The notes under the pieces are model-generated. The model worked only from the letters and a program-made list of their open reading frames with translations. It was not told where the DNA came from and searched no databases. DNA of 63,957 nucleotides, the filler included, from Piptocephalis cylindrospora (lineage: Eukaryota), in the NCBI GenBank assembly GCA_003614145.1. It is 10 parts of 10 records of this genome, joined end to end, with 100 filler letters (N's around TTAATTAATTAA, not from the genome) between each part and the next. Parts side by side here need not be neighbours in the genome. Positions count along the whole stretch, not along the records: positions 45,888 to 52,199 come from KZ988290.1; positions 52,300 to 58,706 come from KZ988291.1; positions 58,807 to 63,957 come from KZ988410.1; 7 more parts are not named here. One strand, given 5' to 3'. A program made the position numbers and the translations under genes. Of this stretch, positions 48,869-61,175 are shown piece by piece; within the stretch, counting starts at the first letter, position 1, and every line of letters starts with the position of its first letter.

Positions 48869-49613
48869 GTTGTTGTTAACGATGGGATGGAAAGAAAGGG
48901 TGAGAGCTGGGTAGAGGTGGTGAGGAGAAGAGCGAAGGAACCGTGTCGTTGCTCCTTTTAGAGAAAAAAATTTGACCTGGGATCAAATGGGAGGCGCTGA
49001 CGATGTGGGGAATGGGAAAGAAAGATGAGATGGAAAAAAGAGCAAAAGATGATCTCTAGTGCAATTTTCATCTCAAAAAAGTGCATGAGATTTATCTGGA
49101 AGTCCCATGGTGTCTGTGGATAGGATGGCCTTGCAAGTGAGGCAGGTCGCGTTCCACCAACGCGTGACTGAAGGGACGTATCTGGCCAGAATTATCTTGG
49201 GGTTGACACAAGGAGGCCTGGGACGGAGATGGAGGATCTCTTGCGCATGGGGCAGCTGATGGGAATAATCATGGAGAAGATGATCCAGTCCAGGCTTGAC
49301 GTAGTCCTTTTAAGCAGACATCTTTACAATCCAGTCCATAGTCATGACTCACCATGAATGCCTCATGAAGACTATCGAGTAATCTAATGTCAACAACAAC
49401 AATCTTGGATTTTGAGATGTCATTCTGTTCTGCTCTCCTTCCATCTGCCTGGTTTATCCCTACGCCTTCCCTTTCCTCCCCGCCTTCCCCTTCCTCCCCG
49501 CCTCCCCTAATCTAGCGCCGCTGGCATACACTTTGTGAGTATTCTGCCTGGCCCACGCTGCATTCTGCCTTGTCTAGCGAGGATCCCTCTGCCGACCCCT
49601 TCTCTCAAGACCC

Positions 49614-52199
49614 ATGGCCCCCATCCCTACATCAGCCCCGCCAGCAGGTCTGTTGGTCCAGACACATTTATCCACTGGTGCCTTGAGAAAGGCCCTTCGC
49701 GCCCGGCTTCGACCAACCGCCCATCCTGATGTTGTGTTTATTCGAGTGAGTAGTGCTTTTGCCATAATAACCCTCTTTAGCTGCCCTTGACACTGTCCAC
49801 CCCTCCTCGCCATGCATATTACAGGATGGGGAAATCGATGTTCAAGAACCTCAAAAGGATGGATCGTTGATTCGTATTGCCCGCCAATCTATCAATGGCT
49901 CTATCTACCAGGCCTCTGTCCTTCCTCAGCAGGGTCCCCTTTCGCATCAAGGTATGAGATTTCTCAGCCACACCCTCCTCACTTTATATACTTACCGCTT
50001 AAGGTCATCAAAGGCACTGTGGCCCTTGATGTCTTGGTCATCCTCCTCGATAATGGTCAACTTTACCTGCTTTCTCTCCGTTCTGTTACGGGTGAACCAG
50101 GTGCTTGGGGTTCATTTCCCTTCCGCATCGATATGCAGGTAAGTGAATCTTGGATGAATGGGCAGCCTCTGGCGCCTCTCTGAACAAGCTGGCTTAGGCA
50201 CGATTCTGACTTTTCGTCTCCATCCTAGCACCCAATGGCATTGCCTGATATGGATGCTCAGGATCTAGGCTGGCATCTCGCTACGGACCCTAGGTAAGTG
50301 GTCTTTCCACCTGAATGAACGATGAATGGCCCCACCATTATGACACTCCCTCCTCCCGTTGGTAGAGGAAGAGCTCTCGCTGTTGCAGGGTATGGGAATC
50401 AGGTAAAGGTATTTCTCTTTTCCCATAATACCTCTAAATCCTTAGAGTCCAGGTTGGAACAGGTAAGATGCATCTACCACTCATGAATCCCATGTCCCTC
50501 TTCACTAAACGCCCTCTCCTCTCCAACCAAGGTCATCCCTCACATAGTCAATGGAACCATCTTACACATTGCTTTTCTCTATCCACGTTCAGAAGAACCT
50601 GAAAGGATTTTACTGGCCCTCATCTCCTCCAAGTAGGGTCCTATTCTCTTTAAAAAGACGGATTCCACTCACCCTTTCGTCCCAATCTCCCTCTGTAGAT
50701 TTCGTCGATTTACCCTGCATATCCTAGAGATATGGGTTCCGGAACAGGCAGACTTCCGCGATGTTCAATCTTTGCACACGTTTGCCAAGATTTGCGTAGG
50801 ATCTATGGAATCGGACTTTCCTCTGCTTCTTCAAACTCTCCCAGCTATCCCTGAAACTTGTATCTTGGTTCAGGAAGAGGTTATCCTCATCTTGAATGCA
50901 GAATACTCCCATGATGGTCAGATCCTTGGAACTTACAATCTAAGCAAATTGGAAGGCTGGAACTCCCAGATGCTAGTGGCTGGGCTGGATGCGCTAATCC
51001 CCAGCTCGACTTTGGGTACATCTCAGGCCCAAACCTTGTATCTCTCCGCTGATAAGGGCAAACTCTATCGTGGTCATTTACTCCTTCACCCCGGAGGCTC
51101 TCGGAATCACGTGGCCTCTTCTCCTTTTACCCTCGAGTGGATGCCCCTTGCGAACATTCGTCCTTCTGACTCTTCCCTTCTGATTCTCCGATCAGATCCT
51201 CGTCGAGGCGATCTACTGGCTGTTTCCGGGGATCGGTGCAATGGAGGGGTCTACCATATCTCCGTTGATGGCCGTCGAATTTCCCGACGCACTATCCTCC
51301 CTAATATTTCCCCCATTTTGGATGGGACGGTGCAGGATGTGGGGTTTGCAGAGGGGCAGGATGCAGTATACTGCTGTTCGGGCTCTGGTCCTTATGGATT
51401 TGTCCTGGAGATGCGGCATGGTCTATCCCCAGAGCTGCATGCCATGGATGATCAGATCGGCCGAGTCAAGGCCATGTGGTCCCTTCCACCTCAGCCTACT
51501 CTTGAGCTCCCCCCCATGCTTGTCCTTGCATACTGGGGTCAAACCCGGTTTTTTCAGCTTGATGGTATGCAGTCCTCTCTCTTTTTTCTCTGTTATTCTA
51601 GCTCTATCCCTGATCAAACATTCAATTTTTACACTAGCCGATGCCGGTGAGCTCGTGGATTGCACAGAGTCCCCCCTTCTGAATGCCCTCTCTACCAAGG
51701 AAGCTCTTTTTGCTGTGCGTCCCCATACCCTCCCTTGCTCCATAATCATGGTACATGCCGGTGGTCTATCTCTGGTTCTTGGGTCTCCTGGTGCAGAACA
51801 AAGGCTGGATTGGGAAGTCACGGAGGGCCAGGTTATCCTGGATGCCATCGTAATTCCAAGGGCTCCTTTTATAGGGTCCTCCCCATCCTGTCGTATCATT
51901 TACACATTTGCATGCCCTAGAGATTCTGGAGTCGCTTTACTCGATATCATATCCTCAGGAGAGGTTGATGAGGCTGGGTCGTCCATTCAATTTATTCCCG
52001 GCCTCGTGTTCCCACTCAAAGAAGACCCTACATTTATCTACCACCACCCCTCCCTTTCCCAGTAAGTGCAATGTGGGGATACTCCAATCTATACAATTCA
52101 TTTTCTTTCTAAATTCAATTTTCATGCTTCATAGATCATTGGATACACCAGCTGATGCTATTATCTGTATCATTGGCTTGGCCTCGGGCCATCTCCTCC
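49614..52199 (+). CDS. MMS1-like DDB1/RSE1/CPSF160-family beta-propeller protein, multi-exon, 3'-truncated
   Basis: Spliced MAPIPTSAPPAGLLVQTH..ARLRPTAHPDVVFIR, LGWHLATDPRGRALAVAG, GTILHIAFLYP, LPNISPILD, VYCCSGSGPYGFVLEMRHGL. Confidence 0.8.
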
Positions 52200-53071
52200 N
52201 NNNNNNNNNNNNNNNNNNNNNNNNNNNNNNNNNNNNNNNNNNNTTAATTAATTAANNNNNNNNNNNNNNNNNNNNNNNNNNNNNNNNNNNNNNNNNNNNC
52301 GCGGTGAGGAAGTGAGCGGGGAGATGGACGCGATTGTGGGGAGACTGAAGTACCTGAGTTACATGTGCTGTGTGAGGCTTGGTCCATTGGTGTGATATTG
52401 TTAGCGCCCTAGATTGAGATGACATCCTTGGAGTGGGGTAAAAGTCAATGTACGCCCCATTTCTTTTAAACACCGAAGGCATGACCAAGTTTACTCGTAG
52501 CTTGAATCCGAATAAACGCAGGAAAGGAGCAGCAGAATGCAAAATCATGCAGAAGTGGGATCAAAGTATACTGACCCTAGGGATCAAGGATCCCCTGTCA
52601 GGTTGACAGGATAAACCGACATAGCGTTTCCCAGATTCATTAAAGATTCACATCCCTTGCAAAATGCAGCGTTTCTCGGCTTCTCTAAAATTATGCCCTT
52701 TTTTCCGCTCTTCAACCCATACATTTACCTCACCATGGCAAGAAAACCCCAATATTCCACTTGGCCTCATGTCCACATTCAACGGGCCCTTGATCTACCC
52801 TGCTCAGTAGACGCCCTTCAGGCCTCATGAACCACCTTGAAGGGGTGTGTGGGGAGGACCAGGCCTCCGATCAACCTCCTCTCCCTCACCACCTTCAAAA
52901 CTCAGCGGCCCCTATTTTTCCTGTATGGTGATAAACTATCCCCCTTTTTAACTCACTCACTCACTCATCTATTCACTCACACCTGTTTCTTTCCTTCTCT
53001 TCTTCTCTCTCCCACACCGCTTTCTATCTTTACCCCTTCTCTAAACATCAACTCAATCAACACCAATTCCA

Positions 53072-53895
53072 ATGGGCTGCCGAGTCTCCTTACTAGAGGA
53101 TGATGGGACGGGAGTGGCCTTGGTAGATGAACGCAGCAGGACGGGCGCTTTAAGCAAGCGTGAGTGCAATACCCGGGTCAGACAATGACCTAGCCCTAAA
53201 CCCTTCCAACCCTTCCCTCTCTTCTAGGCAAATCACCGCTGAATCTGGATAAAATAATCTGGAAAGCGGATATTCCAATGAACCGTTCACAGCTTGAGCT
53301 ACAGCGTAAGGCCTTTTGGGAAACAGCCCCGGCGTACGACGGGGACGCTGAGTGTTGGGCTGCGCTACGGGCTGTTGTATCGGCGTGCACCACGGATCCC
53401 AACGCGGTTCAAACCCTCTTGGATTCCTCAGGTTTGACTATACCTACGGGAAAGCTCACAGAAGGAGCGTATGATGAACGAGGAAGAAAGTATGTTGTTC
53501 CTCCCTACTGCCTTTGGGATCCTGAGAACCTCCTTGAGGAGTCAGGGGATAAAGCGGGTCAGGAAGAGGAGGAGGAAGGAGAGGGCGAGGAAATCAAAGT
53601 CTTGGTCCGATTGTCGACTAATCGAGATCTTCGATTCCTGTGCTACACCACGGATCGACTCTCCTCCCTCAACCGTCGGATCTGTGAGAAGGAGGGTGTA
53701 CCTACCGATGCCCAGGATCTTGTGACTATTCGGTACCTTAAACTGGGTAGAATTCTCGACCAAACCCTACGACTCCGGACCCTGATCAAATCAGGGGAAC
53801 CCAATATGGTTCTCCAAGCGATGGTGACTCTTCCCGAGGGCAAGGGCCCCAACTTGGAAGTAGATGGTGAGGATGACAGCAAGGAGGGTGTTTGA
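53072..53895 (+). CDS. Ubiquitin domain-containing protein (UBTD/DC-UbP family); exons 53072-53159, 53228-53895
   Basis: MGC N-terminus (acylation-type), QLELQRKAFWETAPAYDGDAECWAALRA, GAYDERGRKYVVPPYC, C-terminal UBL VRLSTNRD..GRIL. Confidence 0.92.
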
Positions 53896-54122
53896 TTTAG
53901 AAAGGATACAGCGTCACAGAGAACCATGTCCTTTTCTGATCCAGCCGCACAATTCAATGTACTTCTTCTTGTTGTAGCAGGAATTGATTATTAAGGATAA
54001 AAAGGATGATGATGATAAAATCGTTCTATTTTCTCCGCATGCACATATTGTGAACTATGGGGCACTATGCGCCATTGCAAAAATTCAGAGGCACATATTC
54101 ATATGATATTTCAACTTTAATG

Positions 54123-54620
54123 CTAATGCAACTCTACAAGCACGAGGGAAGATGCTAGATGATAAGGAAATGGCTTAGAGAAAAACTGAGAATCAATGAT
54201 GGAGCATTTGGAGAGAATGAACCTAGTCCTACTGGTCAAGATAGACAAAATGGAAAGCTGAGTGAGTTCTAGGAACAGGGGGCATGGGGGAAAAGTGGCA
54301 GTATTATCCCCCGCAGAAGGTGGAGGAGGAGGAGGAGGAGAGGAAGAAAGGGGGCCGCTAGGAGTGACATTCCTGGGGCATATTATGGAAAATAACGAGT
54401 GGGAAGACGGGATAGAGTACAGCGCAGATGGAGGGCCCGCCCTACGAACAAGATAGGAGGCACTCGCGCGTTCTGTGGGATAGAATCTAGAGCGATGCTC
54501 GGGATACGATCCGAGATGATGCTTAGGATAGGCGAAGCGCTCTCTCCGCTCGCCATAGGAGGGAACAATCATGGAAGAGGTTGCAGCGAGGAGGCCAGGA
54601 AGAATAATGGAAACCGACAT
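54123..54620 (-). CDS. Hypothetical, possibly secreted small protein
   Basis: TATATAAAAAA near 54706-54716 upstream; ATG 54620 MSVSIILPGLLAATSSMIVPSYG hydrophobic N-terminus; poly-Pro tract. Confidence 0.45.
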   Translation of the reverse strand: MSVSIILPGLLAATSSMIVPSYGERRERFAYPKHHLGSYPEHRSRFYPTERASASYLVRRAGPPSALYSIPSSHSLFSIICPRNVTPSGPLSSSPPPPPPPSAGDNTATFPPCPLFLELTQLSILSILTSRTRFILSKCSIIDSQFFSKPFPYHLASSLVLVELH

Positions 54621-55313
54621 TTGCGTTCTGGTAAATATGATGGGATTGTAGGACAACTGAGGGTTGCAAGCCAGGAGCAAGAGTGTGTGATGAGCTCAAT
54701 ACATGCTTTTTTATATACCTCAGCCCCGCTCATCTATGCGCCTTTTATACATGCTTCACTCTGGTGATGGCTGTAACGGTACGCATGCAAAAGCAAGGCA
54801 AACATACTGCCTAGTGATGCTATTCCACCTGCATTTTCTCTGCATCTTCCTCAGTAATGTGGACCCATGCTAGAACCTCACAGGAAATAATGACAGCTGC
54901 TGAAATCCTTTGCCTTAATATAATTGCGGCGCATAGATGCTGAATGATACCCCAGTGTATAGATCATGAGTGGGTAATAATGCCTTTATCGTGTGTTCTG
55001 AGTGATCGACTAGCGTCACCAATCTCCGACGAGACTTGAGTATATAGAGCACGTAGTGCCTGTATCATAGGTCCATCTTCTTGTATGATGTTGAACCCTC
55101 TTTTACCAGGAGGTGTTTGATCGGAAAGCTCAGTAAAAGTAATTTCGAGGCCCATTGATCAACTCATACCCCCCCCCCCCCCTATTGCAGAAAGAGCATC
55201 CCCCAGAGCATGTGTCCATTAGCGACGCAATGCTCGTCGGTGTGTATATTGTGCTTGGAACGGTAAAAGGGCTGAGGATCTATATCGTTCTTTGCCCTGC
55301 AATACCATCACTA

Positions 55314-55659
55314 TGTTGTTGAAACCATTTTATTTTCCCTTAGTGGGGTAGGCGCTAAAGGCATTTGAACACATAACCCATCTCAGTTGGCCGGCCTGCA
55401 TGGTACCAGAAAGAGTGTTCCCGACGTGTGCCCTGTACTATAGTTTTTGAAATGAGCACTACAGAAAACCATTAGAGCATCCCCTTCTGGGGTAGATGAC
55501 CATGGAATTCACAAGGAAGATGGTAGCCAGCAGTGGAGACGGTGCCATTGAGGTTCTTGAACTTGACCTAGTGCAAGGGAGGGATAACACACTCGGAGTC
55601 GAACCCTAACCCTTACAACCTAAAGGATGAAGATTAGATGGCTAGGCTACGGGAAGTAT
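55314..55659 (-). mobile_element. Full-length tRNA-derived SINE, 346 bp, with 12-bp target-site duplication
   Basis: A box TAGCCTAGCCA 55649-55639 and B box GGTTCGACTCC 55605-55595, 33 nt apart. 3' hairpin at 55361-55337, then AATAAA and a CAACAACA tail. Flanks ATACCATCACTA (55302-55313) and ATACCATCATTA (55660-55671). Second copy at 6286-6488. Confidence 0.82.
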
Positions 55660-56300
55660 ATACCATCATTAGAATTGGTCTGGGAGGCCATTTTCGTCCT
55701 TGCAACCGGCTATCCTGCCGCGTGCTCTCCACTAATCAAAGCAAATAGTCGGCTCGCTTAAATTTTGGTTTGTCCGTTCGGTTTTCTTTGCTAATTCATA
55801 ATGATATGAGAGCCTAAACTATCCTATTCAGAAAATCGACTTTTCTAAACAATCATTTATCCATCTTGTCATGTTATATCGTGTGATGCATGCTACTATT
55901 TTATTCCCCTTCTAAAGCGAAAGGAGCTTTACCATTATATTTTCCAAACAACATAATGGTATCTGTTAATGATTCACAGATGATATTCTCCAGTAGATAT
56001 ATCTCCGGGACATACCAGCGACACGGTTATCATAGTATTGGTTTGTTGAGTACCGCATATCTTCTCGATCCCAATGATCGGAGTAGTACCATTTCTCCAT
56101 AATCGCTTTACTTGCAAAGCCATGGCGCAGCGCCGAATGGGATAAATAAAGGAATTACAGCCCAATAGAAACTCAATTTCCTATAATATTGCATGTCAGA
56201 GGCCTACTCAGGAAGAATGTGTGTAGAATGTACTTGTGTTTCTGCCCTATATTTCCTCGTCATTCGTTCTTCCACAGCCTAGTTCAAAGACATCTTCCTT

Positions 56301-57401
56301 TTAGGCAGACCGAGTACATCGCTGATCGTGGACACGGTAGAGATCGGCAAGGACGCCAAAGACGGTGACTTCGTCACCGGCACCGGAGCCCTGAATGACA
56401 AGGGGGTTGGGGAACCGACGGGTGGTGAAGGCGACCATATTATCACTGCCCTCCAGTGCCCCAAAGGGATGGGAGGAGGGGTAGGCGTTAAGGCTGACAG
56501 TGCCCTTGGAGGAGCGAGGGTCAATGGACCCGACATATCGAAGGACCTTTCCTTCAGCCTTGGCAGCCTCCCGAAGCTTGGAGAAATGTCCATCATGGCC
56601 GGGAAGGGCGGAGAGGAAGGCCTCTGGGGAAGAGGCCTCCCGAAGCTCCTTGACATCAGGTACGACATTCTCCACGGTCAGGTCCCCAAGGGAGAGGGGA
56701 AGACCTAGGGATCTGGCAACAATAACCACCTTCCTAGCCACATCCATGCCATCCAAATCATCCCGAGGATCGGGCTCGGTATACCCGAGTTCCTTGGCCT
56801 TGAGTAGGGCCTGGGAGAAAGGAGGCGTGGTGGTGGTGGGAGAGCAGAAGGTGTTGAAAAGGTAGGAGAGAGTGCCAGAGAAGACGCCCTCCACCTTGAG
56901 AATCTCATCACCGGTCCGGACCAAGTCACGAAGGGTGGCCAGGACGGGGAGACCGGCTCCGACAGTCGATTCGTGGTAGACAAGGGTGTTGGACTCCTTG
57001 GCGGCCTTTTGCACCTCATTCCATAGGGACAGATCCGAGGAAAACCCCTTCTTGTTGGGGGTGACGACATCAACTCCCTGACGAAGGGCTACGGGGTAGA
57101 GGTTGGCAAGGTCAGGGCTACTGGTGCAATCCACGAGGACAGCTGGGCCCTGAAGCTGAGCCAGATGGGTAATAAAGGCCTTGGGATCCAGGGCAGGGGC
57201 CGAGGATAAGAGGCCTGAGGGCTCCTCTCCCTCCCCAAGGGAGATGGGCTTAGAAGGATCCTGGAGCAAGGCGCGCTTCGAGTTGGCAATGCCTACGACA
57301 GCGAATGCTTTGGTGTGGCGGTCCAAGGAAAGGTTGCGCAAAAGGCACTTTCCCACCAGGCCGACACCGATGATACCAACGTTGATTGTGGAAGAGGGCA
57401 T
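56301..57401 (-). CDS. HOM6: Homoserine dehydrogenase
   Basis: NVGIIGVGLVG, VVTPNKKGFS, YHESTVGAGLP, EGVFSGTLSYLFN, LGYTEPDPRDDLDGMDVARK, IQGSGAGDEVT. Confidence 0.97.
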   Translation of the reverse strand: MPSSTINVGIIGVGLVGKCLLRNLSLDRHTKAFAVVGIANSKRALLQDPSKPISLGEGEEPSGLLSSAPALDPKAFITHLAQLQGPAVLVDCTSSPDLANLYPVALRQGVDVVTPNKKGFSSDLSLWNEVQKAAKESNTLVYHESTVGAGLPVLATLRDLVRTGDEILKVEGVFSGTLSYLFNTFCSPTTTTPPFSQALLKAKELGYTEPDPRDDLDGMDVARKVVIVARSLGLPLSLGDLTVENVVPDVKELREASSPEAFLSALPGHDGHFSKLREAAKAEGKVLRYVGSIDPRSSKGTVSLNAYPSSHPFGALEGSDNMVAFTTRRFPNPLVIQGSGAGDEVTVFGVLADLYRVHDQRCTRSA

Positions 57402-57620
57402 ATTGAGCTGGGAGGTGATGAAGGGAGAAGATGAGTGGAATTGTGCGGAGCAAAAGGACCATGCGTGTATGTGCTGAGAGAATAGACAGTTTATATACAT
57501 TTTTGGGATCGCGTCTGACTGGAACGCGTTCCTCAGTCTGACCCTATCTCCCAGGCAGTGTGTGTGCGATACTGACGTCTATATGGATAGGGTGCAACAT
57601 AACTGACAAGCGGACAAGGG

Positions 57621-57624
<4 letters not shown>

Positions 57625-57662
<38 letters not shown>
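57625..57662. repeat. (CA)n microsatellite
   Basis: Perfect dinucleotide run upstream of HOM6. Confidence 0.95.
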
Positions 57663-57663
<1 letters not shown>

Positions 57664-58806
57664 CTAGATACACTCTTCCATAATCTCCCTCATCTCAAGC
57701 CTGTGGGAGTCCAAGCATGTGTCCTGAGAAGGGAGGAACAGGGGACAAAAGAAGCCAGTGATAAGATCAGGGACTCGCCCATGACCACCAATGAGGATAT
57801 CAACCAAGTGCTCATCTCACATAGGGTCCAAAGCACACCATCATAATAAGAGTAAGCAGCGAAATGTATTGGGAAAAATTATAATCTTCCCTTCTTCCTA
57901 AAGATCTTCACAGATTCATCTCAAAAAGGTTATGTCAGTATCAAACCTAAGACTGTAATTACATCTCAAAAAGGCTCAGAAACTTTCCCCACACTATCAT
58001 CAGCGTCCGAAGCAACATCCGTAATTCATACTTTAAATCCGACCTGAACATCGTCTCGGATGAACTTGACGCGATCCGTAAAAGCACACCATCATATGCG
58101 AAGCGTGCGCTGTTTTCCTCGAATTTATCGATAATTTTGGCCAATTGTCCTATTTTTTACAAGGGAGACCCTACTCGATGGCATGCACATCCTCTGTTTC
58201 TCCCTGCGATCAAGTGCGGCCCTCTGCATCGCATTGCCTCAAACTGCATCCCCCCTCTCCTCAAATAAAGCAAACATCTGAACTGTTGATTATGCAATGC
58301 GAGCAAGTATGAGAGCTAGGGAAGAAGGGGGTGATTACCCTACAATACCACCAATCTCATTCCATCCCATGACAACATCTCCCCGCCACCCCCTCCTCGG
58401 CCAGATAGATACGATCCAGCGGACTTGACACGCTCCCTCCACCCGTGTCAACCCCGACCAGCTCCGCCTCCATTCCTTCCCCTCTCTCCGTCTCTTGCCA
58501 GACCCACATCCAGTCTCACGCTTACTGCATTCAATCCCATGCCCCACGCATCCCTTAAAACCGTCCCCTTTCTGGTCCCCTCCCCCCCCCCCCCCCCCCC
58601 CCCCCCACCCACCACACCCGCCCCCCCTTTTCTCCCCCCGAACCCCCCCCCTGCTCTCCTCATATGAGTGTGAAGGCTTGGGCACTGCTTGCTTCCTTGC
58701 TTACACNNNNNNNNNNNNNNNNNNNNNNNNNNNNNNNNNNNNNNNNNNNNTTAATTAATTAANNNNNNNNNNNNNNNNNNNNNNNNNNNNNNNNNNNNNN
58801 NNNNNN

Positions 58807-59753
<947 letters not shown>

Positions 59754-60114
59754 GTTGAAAGATGAGATGAAGGAGGAGGAAAGAAGTACTGTTGCTAGAG
59801 GGTTTAGGGAACTTGAGATGGCTGTACTCGCTGTAGTTGAAGTGGTATTCATACTTATGGTCTCCATAGACCCCATCACCCCTCTCATACTTTAGGCCTC
59901 CTGGAACAATAAGGTGTGGGCGGGGAGGAACTGCAGTACCAAGTCTTATGTCGCTTCATCTCCCTAGTCAGGCCATCAATACCATTCCCTAAGGCTCTAA
60001 AGGATGAGGAATTTGGCTGGAGAGGAAAAAAAGAAAAAAAGTGGGTCACTGCCCCTAGGCCACAGTGTGAACGTTAGGTGGGGCTGTGTAGGCCAAGGTC
60101 TGTCCCTCTGTTGT

Positions 60115-60124
60115 TGAAAAATTT
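60115..60124. promoter_or_regulatory. RRPE-like element upstream of DIM1
   Basis: TGAAAAATTT about 360 nt upstream of the DIM1 ATG; GATGAG (PAC-like core) at ~60003. Confidence 0.35.
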
Positions 60125-60747
60125 GCTGTCTATGAGGGAAATGTACCCAAAAGGCTACATTATACCTCTTCCCTCATAACACACATATATATTTAAAATA
60201 AGCTCAATTTTCCTTAATTTCATGTATGGCTATGATGGATGATCCCCACAAACCCACACGCCCCTCCACTTCATCAAAGATAGAGATAGAAGAGGCAGAC
60301 AGACGAATTGCAATGATGAGTTGCACATCGCAGGACCAGAAAAATGCTCTAAATACTGAAGCGGATAATATGAGTGAAAATGGTCAAGACGCAAGCAATG
60401 GCAAATGCTAAAGATAGTACAATCCTCCTAACCTTGCCTGATCCGGATAGTCCCCAGCAGAAAGGTGAGGAAGAAGACCAAGTATTGAACTTCTCGAATC
60501 ATCCAACAAAAAGTGCCATGGATATTGATGATGGATTTCCCAGAGAAAAATGGCCAGGAAGAGAGGAATGCATCAATTTGTTATGGTTTCGAACCAAAGT
60601 GAATCAGGAATGTCGCCTAGAATAATGGTGTGCCCGCTCTCCTCTCCTTTTGTCTTTTTTATGACTTACTTCACTATGTCTATTCCGAAACCGAGTCATA
60701 ATAATAATTGTAATGATAATGGCAATCCAACCGCATCATCATACACA

Positions 60748-61175
60748 CGCATACTCTTAAGCAATGTTCATTCTCTGGATGTGGGCAAAAGAGTAACCAT
60801 GGCATCTTTAATGGCCGATCTGACCTTAGGCATCATAACAATAGTAGAGACATGGACCCCAAAGGGAGCATGTCAGATCCTCGTGGCCGGAAAGCTGAAA
60901 GGGAGATGATCTCTGTCCATTGGGTAATTCTCCATAAGACAATAGATTTTTCAACACAAAAAAAGGGAGGTGATTAACCGGAAGAGGGCGATCGAAGAGG
61001 AGGAAGGGGACAATCTTTGCCCTAAGCTCTATCAAATTCAAGAGCCTCTACGGTGCATCGTTACATATCCATTCCTTTTCCCAATTTAGAATATCTGCGT
61101 AAGGTACCCTCAATGTAATGAAAGCCTGTCATCTATCAATGCTCTCCCATAGTTACTTTGATTGTAACGGAAACT
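60748..61175 (+). mobile_element. Decayed non-LTR retrotransposon (LINE) APE-type endonuclease fragment
   Basis: RILLSNVHSLDVGKRVTMASLMADLTLGIITIVETW matches APE motifs I-II, with 18 residues between KR and E as in L1 EN. Downstream is interrupted by stops and frameshifts. Confidence 0.55.

Noticed and set aside
49069..49419. MITE (10-bp inverted CATCTCAAAA/TTTTGAGATG) or second (CAA)n-tailed element
   Set aside because: Inverted repeat is short with no TSD; sequence before the CAA run does not match the SINE tail.
55602..55613. AACCCTAACCCT as a telomerase RNA template or telomeric seed
   Set aside because: Only two units, overlapping the SINE B box on the other strand; no other telomerase RNA features seen.
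55585..55659. Functional tRNA gene, or U1 snRNA (ATACTT start)
   Set aside because: Acceptor, D and T stems do not pair; ATACTTCCCG lacks the U1 ACTTACCTG 5' end.
55350..55700. The repeat as a small spliced gene family (intron-like CTAAT..TAG signals, short open frames)
   Set aside because: No convincing protein, many non-synonymous differences between copies, and the TSD, tail and A/B boxes explain the boundaries better.
6489..58806. Regularly spaced TTAATTAATTAA as a biological repeat or CRISPR array; gene clusters spanning linkers
   Set aside because: Artificial linker embedded in Ns; adjacent contigs are not physically linked.
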